NCBI RefSeq assembly: GCF_032062105.1
Contig: NW_026938891.1
Coordinates: 186,001-250,000, forward strand
Source: Saccostrea cucullata
Lineage: Eukaryota
Length of the DNA: 64,000 bases
Direction: 5' to 3'
This document shows positions 48,361-63,300 of the stretch, piece by piece (the stretch's first letter is position 1; every line of letters starts with the position of its first letter). The position numbers and the translations under genes were made by a program. The notes beneath the pieces were generated by a model. It did no database searches, was not told the origin of the DNA, and saw nothing but the letters and a program-made list of their open reading frames with translations.

Positions 48361-51300
48361 GTAAGTGTGAACACCGACAAATATCGTTAAATAGGAGTTC
48401 ACTAACATATCTCGAGATATTCTTTTTTCTTTGGTATTCAACTCTATTTATCTTCTACGATAAATTGTCATCTTGAATTTATTTACGAGTTTTTGTTGGA
48501 TAACCGCCCCTTGATTTGAACACTGATATGATAAATATGACACCCCCTTAATCATACGAAGATTGTCAAAAGACACGTGTGAATCAGTCAGACAGGTGTC
48601 CAAATGTTAAAACGTGTATGTGGACAGATTTATTTCAATCCAAAATTTGACAAAAACAATGGATATACCGTTTTTATCATCATGTTTATTATTTTTTAGC
48701 TAGCTCGAATGATACAATCAATCATATTTACTTCCATTCATATGTCAACTCAATATAATTTTATATATTCAAGTGGGATTAGAATGAAAGATATCCAATA
48801 GTCTATGCAATTCATATTTGGATATTCTACTTAAAAAGTATCGTAATTGTGTTAATGGTAACCTACAGGCCTAGCCATAACAACAAAACTTCATGTCAGA
48901 TAAACATGATGACTTCAACTTTTCTTTCATTATCTTTCCTAATTATATATGTAGCAATATACCCTTTTCACTTGCATTTGAAGTTTATAATTATTTTTAG
49001 CTGATTCGATAAGCAGAATCATGCTTTATGTACTAGCGATTTCTAAAAAAAGAGTGCTATTGACAAACAAGTTGGTGAAACAATGATATCTGTTTCATCA
49101 TTCTTGATAAAAGTCAACAAATCGCAAGTTGTAGAGTAATGACTTGAATTTTATTGAATACAACCTATCATTTGGTTGAGTATGGACTGACAAATTTCAC
49201 ACTATTTATTAGGCTGTCATTTACACATGGATTGCCATTTGCCCAATAAAAAGAAGGAGCACACAATGGGTGTTTCCAGTCAACATGGGGTGCATACTAT
49301 TCCATGGCGCTAGATCCCACTAACTGATGTTTTCAGAAGTCCGTATTTGCTCTGCTCCCATTTTGATTACTTTTTGTTATTTCCATATATCATCCTTCAG
49401 AGATTAATCTTAGGTTTTGGGAGAAACTACGCTCTTTGGGGAAAATCAGTTGGGGGTCTGAGTCCACTCCAGATCCCCAGCTGGTGCGAGGCAAGCAGAA
49501 ATGAGAGGCCCAGCTGAATTTTATCATTTTAATGACCATCTAAAGAGCATTAAATATCAGTAAAACCATATTACACATCCTCTGAACATTTTTAATTTAA
49601 ATTTCCACTTTTTATTATGAAATTTTTTTTTATTTGATCTTATCAATGTCAGAGGAATTTTTTACTTATCAAAAGGGGGAAATGGGATATTCAGGGGAAG
49701 GTTTTTATTGGGGAAAAATACCGAATATCCATAGTAAATATGCTCTAGATTAAAACCCTGACCATATATCTAAGGTTGTTTTTTATGGGGTGCACAGCAA
49801 AGATCTAAATTATTAAATTTGATCATTTAATTGTTTATGTATTTCATTCTTTGGGTAAAGAAATTTGGCAGAACTCTGCTATATTTCATCAATTTTGGAC
49901 ATATTCAGTATTCTTATACAGCAGAACAATATACATATTATATACAAAAAAGATAACAGGATATTACATAGAAAGAGAGTCCTTAAACAGAGTATATTTA
50001 TTAATCATTGGTAAAATATTTATTTTGCAATGAATAACTAAATCTATTGAGTGCCCTATTGTGTGAATTATACCTTAGGATGTATACATGATAGAGTAAA
50101 ATGTAATTTTATAACAGGATGTCAGTAATTAAAACAAATTAAATCTGTTGGACAAAAATAAATACCAAAGAACTGAAGGGATTAACTTACTATACCAGTG
50201 TATACATCATACATTTTACAGAGGTTCATGAAAATGCCACAAATTTTTAAGACATCCATTGTCAGATCAAACTCACCCTGCCCAAGTTTTCCTGTATGTC
50301 TGTCAGTAAGTCACTGCAGTGTCTATATCTTATGAGTATTATTACTGTTGGGGAGTATGTATGGCATAATGTTCATCACAGAAGTTCATCTTAGAATAGT
50401 GACCATTAGATCATTGACCACCCGAATGACCTTGATGAACATTGACAGTCTTACACAAGAAAAACAAATAAGTGATTTTTATCAATAGAGTTTTGGAGAT
50501 ACATGTACATGTACTGGTAGTAGTTAACCCAGAGTGAGACAGGTACTTGCTGGACTGCATGATTTGGCTGATACTGATAACCATAATGATGTTTAATGTT
50601 ATGTTTGTATCCTATTTTAAGCAAGTCAATAATCAATAGCCAATTCATATAATATGTGTGTCCATGCTCATTGAAATAGTTATACATATATTTGTATACA
50701 AATTTATTTAGCACATCCTTTGGAGAAAAATTGCTCAATTGATCAATTTGAAAAGTCTAAATAAGAAGTGTCTGTATGAATGTGTATTCACACATGTACA
50801 TCTACAAACAGATTCTACCTGTGCATATAAAGAGCAATATCATAGGTTAAAAAAATTGTAAATTGGGAAGATGTAACAGAGAGATCTATGGTTGAAATCT
50901 ATAAATGCTCACTAGCTTTATATATATTAATATGTAAACATGGTAATCTCTGGAAGCTTTTCTTTCACCTAGCTCTAATACATTTGATACATATTATAGG
51001 AATCTCTGTGAACAGAGTTTACATAGGAGTCTGAAGCAAATTTAAAGGGGGGGGGGGGCTTTTTGAATGTGGGAGGCTAATCCAACAAAAAAGGTAAGCC
51101 ATTTTTAAATGCGTATATTATGTCTATCTTTGCCAAAATAGTGGGGGTGGGTAGGGATGGGGTGTTCCCTTGCAGTTCTAATGCATGCCTATTGTCTAGT
51201 TTCATTTAGAAATCTAATCACTTTAGCCTTCCTCTTTCCTCCAACAAAAGAATTGGTTTTTAAAAATCTTATCGATAATAAATTTTAGAAGAATGAAATA

Positions 51301-54300
51301 CTTAAAAATTGAGGCAAAAGAAGCAGACAGCTTGGAGGGAGTTGTTAGTAAATAATAAAATAAATTATCTTTATGCGATAAGGATAATTTTGGAAAGTAC
51401 ATGTAGGTCATCTGAGCAAATATACCTGTACATGCACATGTATATAGCCTGAGTTAATGGACATGAATGTGTGGAGAAAGTTGAGCATAGAAAAACAAAA
51501 CTTAAGCTTAGGCAGTACAGAAGTAGTTGTACTTGAGATTTTCTATTGTTGAAAGGAAGTTCTGATCTATTACTACCAAATAATGTCAAGTATGTTTGAA
51601 ACTTTCATTTATCTAGATTATATATATTCTCCATGTTCTCTGTTGATACAGATATGTAAAAGTTTGTGTCAAAAAATTAGGCTATAAGCAGATTAATTGT
51701 AGCATATATTTTTTGTGTATGTTTACAATGTCATGTGTTCTTCCATGTAAAAAAATTCACACCCAAACATGTAAAATGTTTTGCAGTTGTAGAATACAAC
51801 TTTTGAATGGGGATCTTACAATCAGACACTTAAAACTCAATAACTTGAGAAGCTTTCACACAAAATTTTTATTCCTTTAGTTGGATTTTCTTTCAAAATA
51901 AAAGCAGGTCTCTAGCATATCTTTGTTCACATACTTGTTGATAGAACAAGATATAAAATTTTCTATCCATTTTACCTCCCAAAAGATAATTCTTTTTGCA
52001 GAAAATGTTGCTGGAAAAATAAGCTTCTGTTGTTTTTCATCATTTACCTTGCATTATGGTTCATTTGTCATTTTCCAGAAAATTGTAAAGGTTTCTTCAC
52101 CTCTTCTTGTATACCTTGTGATAAAAATGATTAGAAATTACTTGTATCATTGTAAGGAAGATGACCTTTAACATTGGAAATGTTGGAGAGTTTTTAGAAA
52201 GTGTAAAGTTGGTGTTTCAATGTAAGGGTCATTGAATGCCTGGCAGTGGTTACTGCCAGTGAAATAGGAAGGATGTTCTAGATGCTATCTTGGCAAACTC
52301 AGAAACTGCCAGTGATTTAGCATGCTAACAGTGAGAAAGGTAATAGAAAGTCTGTCTCTCTATTTAGTGATTGATTCTGAGTGGAAATTTATATGTTCTT
52401 TACTGTCAAATTAAGCATTAAATTAGCTGTGAAAAGGCATTCTTTTATGCTCACATGCTGTTTGTTTGTATTTTGAATTTCTGACCCTCTTTCATTTTTT
52501 GGAATTTTGTAGGTTGTTCACGCCAGGGGTTTATATGACTTTGCTGGTGATGTTGATAATGGTGAGCTGACATTCGCAGCTGGGGAAACCCTCACAATCG
52601 TAGCACAGGTAAGATTTACTGGGGAAACCCTCACAATCATAGCACAGGGAAAAACCCTCACAATCATAGCACAGGTAAGATTTACAGGGAAAACCCTCAC
52701 AATCATAGCACAGGTAATATTTAGAGCAGGAGAAAACCTTTACAATTATAGCACAGGTAAGATTTCCTGGGGAAATCCTCACAATCATAGCACAGGTAAG
52801 ATTTCCTGGGGAAACCCTCACAATCATAGCACAGGTAAGATTTCCTGGGGATACCCTCACAATCATAGCACAGGTAAGATTTCCTTGGGAAAACCCTCAC
52901 AATCAAAGCACAGGTAAAATTTAAGTGGGGAAAACCCTCTGGTAAAATAAAAAAGCACAGGTAAGATTTTCAAAGTGTGTCTGTCAAAAATTGCCTCACA
53001 ATCATACACAGGTAAGACTCTCCTCATAAACCCTTGGCCTACGGTGTTCATAAAAATCGGGATTTTTCCCAAAAATTAGTACACAATGTAAAATTGTAAA
53101 TGACGCTAAGCTATTATATCTGGAAATGAAAAAAAAGTAATGATAACATGCAATTCTATGAATCCTAACCATAGCAAATATGTGATGGAACTATATTGAA
53201 ATTTGTACTATAAGTAATAAATAAACATTACAATTATTGCTTCTAAATAAGAAAAAACTTTAATTTAATTTTTTTTAAACATGTGTCTTTATTTTTGTCG
53301 ATGACCTCTGACTGGTAAAATTTAAAAACTAGAACATTTTGGAAGATTTTCACGAAGTGTGTCTGTCAAATTGGATTTATTGCTGGTGTCTTGGTAGCTC
53401 AGTTGGTTGAGCATTTGACAAGAGATTCAGGGGGCCTGGGTTCAAATCCTGGCCTGGTCTGTTGCATTCTCCTCTCCCTTTATATTACTGTAGGTGCTCT
53501 GCCCTGGAAGTGACAGGGGAAAGACCCATACATATGTCTTATACCTGTACATGTAGAGGAATCATCTTGTTAGTCTGTCTGTTAGTGCATCGTTTTTCAC
53601 CATTACTTGAATTATTTGGAATTTATGCTTTATACAAAATTGCTTATGACCTGAGTTAGGTTACTGGCAGAAAAAAATTGTGTCTGGTCTATTACTTTAT
53701 ATCTAGAAGCCCTGAATCCTCATGGAGGAATATTGGATGCACCAATTTCAAAATGGCAATGGGAAGTATAATTTACAGGGTTTGCCCATGGTACCTATAA
53801 GGTTTTGAATGAAACTTATTTTATATGTGCCAAATTAATATTTGCCCAATTAAGTGTAACTAATTACTTGAACTTTCATCTTATTGTGTTTGAAGTTCAT
53901 GTTTCAGTATGTACAAATAGATAATTATAGAAAACATTTCCTTCTTGCAAATATTCACTGATATCAAGTATTGAACCTTATTTATCAGTATCAACACAAT
54001 AACTTTGTAGCACTGTTGTCCTATTGTAAATGTGTATACACAGCAAATTGTTAATACATATATATATTATTAGATATTAGATATTAAGGAAGATATTTTA
54101 TTAAAACTACTTACAAATGATGACTTACCTAGAACAATATCATTGCTTGTTGAATAAGGATCAAGGCCCTTAACGATTTTAGAGGAAACTGACAATATTC
54201 ATTAAAACAAGATTTTAATTACATCTAAATTCAATTTCATTTATTGAATCAATTTGATTAACATGATTAACATTGATCACTGGTGTTTCCATGGTATTTA

Positions 54301-57300
54301 ATTTCTAGTAAGTTTTTATAATTCAGAAATAAAATATCATTGGGTAACTATAGACATATATAATCAATGTGTTTCAATGAGGTTCTCAAAATGACTCAAA
54401 CAAGACAAACTTGTGCAGTATGATATAGCTCACAATTAACACAGCTTAATGATTAATGACATATTATCAATCTAATTAATTTACAGGTGTAACATTTCAG
54501 GTGAACAGTGCATTTGTTACTCAGAGTTAAGAAATGTGGCATTTTGAAAAAAAAAATATGGAAAGTTAACGTAAATACAGTAAAAACTTTATGGTACAAA
54601 CACTACTGTTTATAGCAATTATTATAATTTATTTCAATTCATTAGAAAACTTCAAAAATTTATTCAATACATTCCTGGAAATACATAGTTACTCTTGAAG
54701 AAAATTAACATACCATATATTGATTTAGCTAGTTCACTATATGCACTTTTATATACCCCACGCAACAACTTGCGTGAGGTATAATGTTTTTGACCTGTCC
54801 GTCAGTCAGTGTGTCAGTCCTGTTTTTGTTTGTCAGCACAACTCCTCATAAACCGCTGCACACAATTTCGTCAAACCTTGCAGATATTTCGGACACAATG
54901 TGAGATGTGCATATTACCAGGAAATTCTGATCCCTTATTTTAATATACGGGAATTTCTGCACTTTTCAACATGTGATTTTTGGCCATGTGTGACTATGAA
55001 GATGTACCAGTTTGTGTGTTCCTTATAAAATACAATTTTGTCAAACTTTGCAGACATTTAGGACACAATCTGTAGATGTGCATATTACCAGGAAATTCTG
55101 ATTCCTTAATTTTTTCAGGGAATTTCAGCACTTCAACTTTTGGGGGGAGTAAGGCGTATGTGAGCTTGCTCACTTTTTCTTTCATTATACCCCCGCAAAT
55201 GAAGTTTGGGGGGAGGGTATATAGGAATCACCTTGTCAGTCTGTCTAGCTGTCCGTCTGTCTGTGCAAACGTGTCCGGTCCATATCTTTCTTACGGAGGG
55301 ACATTAGAATCTACTACTCCACACAAAGATTGCCCATGACCTAAGGGTGTGTCATGACCTTGACCCAAGGTCATTTGGGGAACTTCAAGGTCACTGGAAG
55401 AAAAATTTCATAATTCTTGTCCGGTCCATATCTTTCTTATAGATAAACTTCGTAGGTTCTCATATCACACAAAGATTGCCCATAACACAAGGGTGTGTCA
55501 TGACCTTGACCCAAGGTCATTTGGGGAACTTCAAGGTCACTGGAAGAAAAATTCATAATTCGTGTCCAGTCCACATCTTTTTTATGGATAAACTTGGTAG
55601 GTTCTCATTTCATGCAAAGATTGCCCATGAACCAAGGGTGTGTCATGACCTTGATCCAAGGTCATTTGGAGAACTTCAAGGTCACTGGAAGAAAAATTTC
55701 ATAATTCGTGTCCGGTCCATATCTTTCTTATGGATAAATTTGGTAGGTTCTCATTTCACACAAAGATTGCCCATGACCTTAGGGTGTGTCATGACCTTGA
55801 CCCAAGGTCATTTGGGGAAGTTCAAAGTTACTGGAAGTAAAATTTCATAATTTGTGTCCGTTTCATATCTTTCTTATTGATAAATTTTGTAGGTTCTCAT
55901 TTCACACAAAGATTGTCTATGACCTTAGGGTGTGTCAAGACCTTGACCCAAGGTATTTGGGGAAGTTCAAGGTCACTGGAAGTAAAATTCGTAATTTGTG
56001 TCCGGTCCATATCTTTCTTTTGGATAAACTTGGTAGGTTCTCATTCCACACAAAGATTGCCCATGACCCAAGGGTGTGTCATAACCTTGATCCAAGGTCA
56101 TTTGGGGAACTTCAAGGTCACTGGAAGAAAAATTTCATAATTCATGTGTGATACGTATCTTTATTATGGAAAAACTTACTTCTGAAAAACCCAGCGGATG
56201 GTATTTTGTCCCGTTTGGACAGTTCTAGTTATATTTGTTATTTGGATGATGAATTTAGCTTAGTAAATATTCTCTAGGACTTTGCTATAACCAGGTTTTA
56301 CTGTATGTAGAAATTTGGCAAGGTTTGGACAGTTGCCATAGATATTAATGTTTGTGGCAAGGTGTTCAAACAATATTGTGTAAAGTTACCATGAAGTCGT
56401 TTGTATTTCTCACATCACAACCAATCGTTAATTATACTTCTATACAAAAGCCTGTTCTATGAATAAATAGTGTTATTTATCAAATAAACAGAATCTTAAT
56501 CATGTTAATTATGTTGTGAAGATCATTCTTAAATGCTTGAATGAAGACAAGACACTCAGCCATGGAAACTGACTGCAATCTATGTCATGTTCTATAAACT
56601 ATTTTGTATAAATGTGTTTACAGCAAGGTCATAAAATTCCTTTGTATGTGTTGTAGGTGTCGTGTCTTTGTGAGGAAGAAGTACAATTCAGTCTGTATCG
56701 CTGTATGCAATGAATAGATTATAAACACAGTAAATATACTCTGGATTGATAATCCAATTACCATGATTTAAAGGTTATACATATACCTATGAAATAGCCG
56801 TTAGTAAATGTCACTGTTGTGGATTTTCGTGAGATAGTTACTCATTAGTTTACTGGACAGAGACCCATTAGACCAGTCAGCTGTTTTTACCAGTAAGGGG
56901 AAATATCGTATTTTGCCTACTTAGACACCAGGCATTCCTCATTATTTTGGAGGTAGAAGCTTCCTGATGAGCTAATTTTTAAGTGTTGATTCACTCTTGC
57001 GGATTTATTTTGTACTTACATGCTTGACTAAGTATCACAAACATTTACCTTTAGTGTTTGTGTTTGTTAATTGATAATGCTATAAAAAAAAGAAGTGTCG
57101 TAATCATTAAGATAAACTATGGTACTCGGGTTATTAGTACCTTTCAGTGAAACAGGAGGGGAATTCCAGGTTTCTCCTGTATCTGTCTGTCTTTTATTCT
57201 GTCTGTCAGTTAGTCTATCCCACTCAGATTTAGAGATGTGAGTTGACATTGATGAATTATGCAGATCAAGTGCGCATTTCATCTCACATAATTTTTTTTT

Positions 57301-60300
57301 TTTTATAGAAATGTGTGAATGAACACTTTACATAAAAGTTAATATGTTTACAGATCAAGTTTCAATTCTGAACTGATTCAGTGATAAATTTAAACAGGTT
57401 TAGGAGTTACAGTCCTTGGACTTGTTACCTGTAATATACATGTATGTTTTGGAAGGATTTTTTTTTCTGCTGAGAGTTTTCAGAGTCGTTTTTAGGATAT
57501 ATTGTTTTACCTTGTCAGTTTATATACCTGAAAAATTTACAAACAATGAAAATTAGAAGGGATGGGTGGGTGGGGGCCCAGAATCCCTTACCGAGAATTC
57601 TTTCTCCTATTGAATGCTTATTGCAGAGCACATTTGATGCTAATCTTATAATATTTTTTTCTTTTTACCATTATTAAATTCTTCTCCAAATATTTTGGTT
57701 TAATTGGTGTTCTAATGAGCAAGTTCCCACTGGAACAATAATCCATAAAGGTCTTTATATCCACTACTTAGCTTGAAAGTCAGTACCCATGCAGAGTGTT
57801 ATTTTACTTGTCATTAGCTTTTAAATCTGCTCGGCCAGAGAACTTTGGACTCTGTAGATAACTTCAATATATATATATATACATATTGAAATCAGACATA
57901 TTGAGGCAAAGAATTTTTTTGGTAGGATGTGTTAAATCTAGATATATATATATATATACTGTGAAATCCCTAATTTTCGTGGGGTTTTAATTTTCATGTG
58001 GAAAGACCCACGAACTTACGACCACCATGAAATGTTAAAATTTCATATGCATTACATGTACTACTAAACATTTTCCAATCACTAAATCAAATTCCCACAA
58101 ACCAATATTTTTCCTCAAACCTCAAAAATTAAAACACAAAAGTTGATGTAATCCTTGTTATTAGGAACTGAGAAAAAATCTTGAGATATATTGAAGGTAA
58201 AAATATGCTTATACAGTACATGGATTATAGAAAAGATGCTCATTGGACTTCCAAATCACTTTGATATATCCATGGTATTCAGTACATCTAATATGTTCGA
58301 GATACAAAAGTTATGAATTGATGTTTTGTTAAGTATTGGTTGTGGGGTTTAGGTAATGCCCTGTAACATTCAGTGAACAAGTTTGATGGTACTTGACTGT
58401 ATAGTGTACTATTATAACTGTAATCCATTCCGATGATGACCTGTATTATATAAACAATGTGACTGCATGCGTACAGAGAGAGAGAAAGAGAGAGAGTAAA
58501 CAGATAATATTTGTCCTAGATACATATCTACAGACTCCAAATATTTGTTAAACTATTACTTTCTTGTGTCATTGACATAGCTGGGAGGTTAACAAAAATC
58601 TGAAAACACATTTTATTGACAAAAAAATCCCTGTTTTTAAGGTGCTCAATTTGTCATTATCTTCTTGTTTGATCATTTATATGATTATAGGAAGCTATCT
58701 TCCTGCATGTGTAACATTGGTGTATTTATAACAGAAATTTTTTAGTTGGTAGTATGGTAACTGCATGTATGAATCTGAATAATGAATGTGAAGTAAAGTG
58801 TACAGTAAAATATGCATGCACATTTCCTGTGATATAATATGACAAAGCAAAAAAAAAAATTAAAGTAATGGTATGAGCTACTTGCTCAGATTTAAAGAGC
58901 TGTGTAAATGTGGGTGGAAATGGATATTCTCGTATTCTAATTCTCAAAATCAAAAGTATTATCGGTGTAGCATAATATTTTGATACCGCGATATATTGAA
59001 CCCGGGTTCGAAATATCGCATAATATTTTGAACCCCCTCCCTCTTAAATTAAATGGGCAGGGGGACTCAATATTTTATGACCATAAATAAAATTAAATCA
59101 ACAATTTCATATATCAGCAGATATTTTGAACCCGGGTTCAAAATATTGCGGGGTTTAATATATTATATTAAATCAACAATTTCATATATCAGCAGGGGGT
59201 TTATTTTCAATATATTTCCAATTTTTTAGTAATATTTTCAGACCGCTAAAATTCATTCTTTACAATCTGAAGTCTTCATATCCATATCGTAATAAATTTT
59301 AACATAAACTTTTACTGAATTTTAAACAATATGAACACAAATGACCTTGACCTTTGATTTCGATGGAAATTCCTTTGGGCAGTTGGGTTGGTAAGGAGGG
59401 AGGGAGGTTTTTATTTCTATTATAACCTCGATCTATATGAACTTTGCATTTATTTTGTAGAATGGAGACATGTTTTTAGTGTATCAATAATATAACATAT
59501 CTTTTCACATTTTTGTTTTTTGTTGTTTTAGGTGATTTATGGCTATTTTATATAAACCTTTATACTTTAAAACAATGTACTTATACTTGTATTTGATAAA
59601 GTGTGATTTGTTAATTTTAGGACATAGGAGAAGGTTGGTGGGAAGCCAAAAATGAAACGGGTGAGCAGGGACTTATCCCGGAGGCCTATGTACAGGTATG
59701 GTCAAGATGTCCTCCTATCATACATCATAAAAAAATAACATGCTAGCATATAGAAGATTATTGTTTACAACAGTTTACACTTTGTCATCTTGAAAACATT
59801 CAATTCTAGCTGTAGTAATGTAACCTCTGATTTTTTACAATCGGAAATATGCAAGGGGGAAAAAATTAAAGTTTATATAATTTAATTCTTAATTTGTATG
59901 AATGGTGTAACTTTTGTATCCATAAAGTCTTTCTTATTAAGGTTCATTGATACTCTGATGAGGGAGATAACATTTACATAATTTCTAATATAAATTGTTA
60001 ATCAATTTTGACTGTATATATCGTTAATTGTTTGAATTTAATTTATAAAATACAGTTCTTTTGGAATATCATTAAGGTTCAAGCAAAATTTTATATGAGT
60101 GAGCAGAGGGTTTATGAACCTTAATGCTTCTCCTCTAATAATATTTACAGAATTTCAATATAAATTGGTACATCAGTTGACTGTGTATATCAAGATAAAT
60201 GTTGCTTTGTGATTTTGATGGGAATTATTAGGATCACAGAATTCTGATTTGTTTGACTCTTTAAAAATGCTATTTTTTTTCTATAGCTGGATTCTAATTT

Positions 60301-63300
60301 TGATAAAAATGTAAAAGAATTAAGACTTGTCATGCTTTCTTAAATGACATCAATTTATATTTTATTGTTTTAACATTTTTGAGTCATTACATTTTTTTCA
60401 ATTCTTTCTAAATACTTTTAGAGATATTTGGTTTGAAATAAAGTTGTTTAAGAAATTAGCTGGGTTTTTTTAAGCTGTTGGAGCCACCAGAACCATCTTT
60501 CCCTCCACCCCCACCCCCATCAGCACCCAGTAATGATCACTGGGACCACCAGCAAGGAGGGGGTAATGACTGGAATACTCCACATGTAGGGGGAGGTGAT
60601 TGGAACAGCCACACCACGGACAGCTGGGATCAAGAACCCCCTGTGGCCCCGGACTACACAAACCACAACAATCAGGGGTACCACGGGGGAGGGGTGCCTC
60701 ATCAAGCGAGTGAGGAAACCTGGGACGATGATTGGGATGACGATAACGATGATTCATCAGGGACAACTAACACAAGCCAGGTGAGGACTGAAGGCACTGA
60801 GGATAAGTCTTACTGAGTTAGACAGCTCAAGCAGAAACTCATCGATTCAATGCTCAACTCAGAAAGTTATTTATCTAAACATCTGCATGTGAATATGACA
60901 AATAACAGTTAGTTGTCATTACACTTTAACTAATACAGGTAAATATAAAAATGGGTATTTAAAGGTGGTTTATTTAAACATGCTTTGCCAAAATTTAATA
61001 TCCTTGAGTAATTTTTCACTGAGTTTTGACAAAAGGGATAAAATTTGCTCTTGCATTATCATTTAAAAGCTCAATCATAGTGCATGTAGTCAAAGCTAAG
61101 AAAAGTACATAATGCATGTTGTCAGTCTCTCTTTTGATATATTGTAATATCTTTAGTAGAATACAAAGATAGCTGCAGTAGAATTTTAACATGAATTTTT
61201 AGTTAACAAACCTTGAAGTAACTCAAGTGACATATTATTAGCTAATTGAGACAAAGCCTGATGGTCCACTTACAATGACAGTAGAACCGGTAGCTGCTGA
61301 TCCATCTCTCGAAGTAATAATTGAGGAGGTAGTCATTTATATCAAGTCTCCGAATACCCCTAAACCTTCAGTACACAGTTAAAAAAAAAAATAGATTCAA
61401 TGCCTTGTCTCAAATACCCCTACACCTCAAGTACACCTCAACAGATCACAAGAAAATCAATGCAGGCTCAATATTTATACTTTACTATATTGCACATAGT
61501 CATACAGTTGCTGAAAAACTGTAAGGCCATAAAAAATTAATTTATTGGTTCTCAGGCCCTCCCTCATCTTTTCCAAGGGTGCCTCATTGACCTTTTGTAT
61601 TGCTAAATCAATAAGATTAAAACAACAAATCACCTCCCTCATCATTTTCTGTAGTTTTGAACAATGTAAAAAGCTGCCTCATCATGTTTTTGGGGCAATA
61701 AAAAAATTTTCAAAAAAAGATGCCTCCTTCCATCATCATGTTTCTTGAAAAAAGGCTTGAGAACCAAGGAATTAACTTTGCATGGCCTAATCAGCACACC
61801 ACAAATAAAATATTAGACAGAGCACCAAAAATTTATTATATTACATGTACTCTTGCACAGTCAAAATATCAAACACTTAGCAGCTACATTGTAAAGGCAA
61901 ACAGGTTTAGTTTAACAGTTGTTTGATAAATCTTCATGAATTAATTACCAGACATTAATACTAGGGTATATGGCATCAAGACAATTTAAAAGAATTCTCA
62001 ACTAGCTTAAAGGAATGCCACTTCTTAAAAGTGGTTAATGATTGAATCATTGAAACACATTCCCAAATTTTTCTTAGCTTGCCTTGTATACACATAATAT
62101 AATTTTTCTCTGTCTCTGATATTCAATATGAACAGGATTTTCTAGAGGTAAGGTCAGCACAGCTTGGAGAGGGGCCTGTTTTATGTAGACTAGAGAATCA
62201 AAAATAAAAGTAAAACAGTAACAATGCAATCAAACAATATACTGTAGATTCCTAAATATATGCTAGTAATTTATTTCGTGAGGACCAACACTCGTGAAAT
62301 AAAATTACTTGCTTTTAATTTTTATTTTTTATATTGCTGAAATATGAGTAAAAATCCCTGTTCAATAGTCCATATAGCGAATCCAAGTTTCCACCATCTG
62401 ATGTCTGTAAGTCATTTTGAGATATTTTGTACTCGCATGAAAATAGGGAATCTACAGTTAAGCATGCTTACAACAACATTTAGTGGAGTGACTTGTTAGT
62501 CATTGCATGGGTCTGGATTGAGGGAGATTCCATGTGTTCTGCAGTGAACGTCTGTCTGTCTGTTAACTTTTGTGAAGTAACATATCTTTTTATGTGTGCT
62601 TTTAAATTTGTCTATTAAAAAAATTTGTACAGGAGTGGAGTGATGTGTCTTGAATGGTGTTTCACAGATTGTCTATGAAAAGTTAATAAACAATAGTTTA
62701 CCTGTATTGTAGGACTTGTGTTAATTTTATTCACCTTTTTTACAGGACCAGCTTCCTGGGTCAGGTAATTTCGGTTTATCTGCTCCAAAAAGGGAGAAAA
62801 AACAACTGTCCCCAAATTCTGATGTGTCCAGGTATGGCACAGTCAAGAAGAGCTTCAACAGGTGAGCCAGTGAATCAAAAACCAGAAATTAATGAAATTT
62901 TATCCTAAAAGTGAGAATCCAACTTTAAAAAATTGTGAACTATGTTTATTTTATTGTTCACAAGAAGAAGTTTGCTTTCAGTATGAATTTGAAAGCTGTA
63001 TTTCATGGAAATTATGTTTTTAATTTATGAGAACTGTTTTTTACACAGATTTTCAACCTTTGCCAAAACTGGTGGTGATGCCTTTTTGATGGGAACAGTT
63101 TCAGCCAATGTATCAGAGAGTGACCTTATCAAAATTATAGTATGTCTCATTCATTTGTTGTGTTTTGACTTGTTTAATGATATAGATATTTATCATATAC
63201 ATGTAATTATATACAGTGGACCATCAGATATATCTGGATGCCAGATATCTGGACACTTCAGTATCCAGAAGATTTTTCATTGGAACAGAATTTTTTAACG

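Noticed and set aside
52518-52906. Cys-rich CYDC repeat ORFs on the minus strand
   Set aside because: Antisense translation of the SNX donor echo array
53385-53460. functional tRNA gene
   Set aside because: A and B boxes present, but acceptor and anticodon stems do not pair; better read as a SINE head
55476-56151. repetitive ORFs in the SNX intron, and ORFs 900-1304 and 20580-21320
   Set aside because: Translations of satellite units within HINE-like elements
56960-56995. hammerhead ribozyme (CTGATGAG)
   Set aside because: No matching stem II / GAAA core; other CTGATGA hits also lack it
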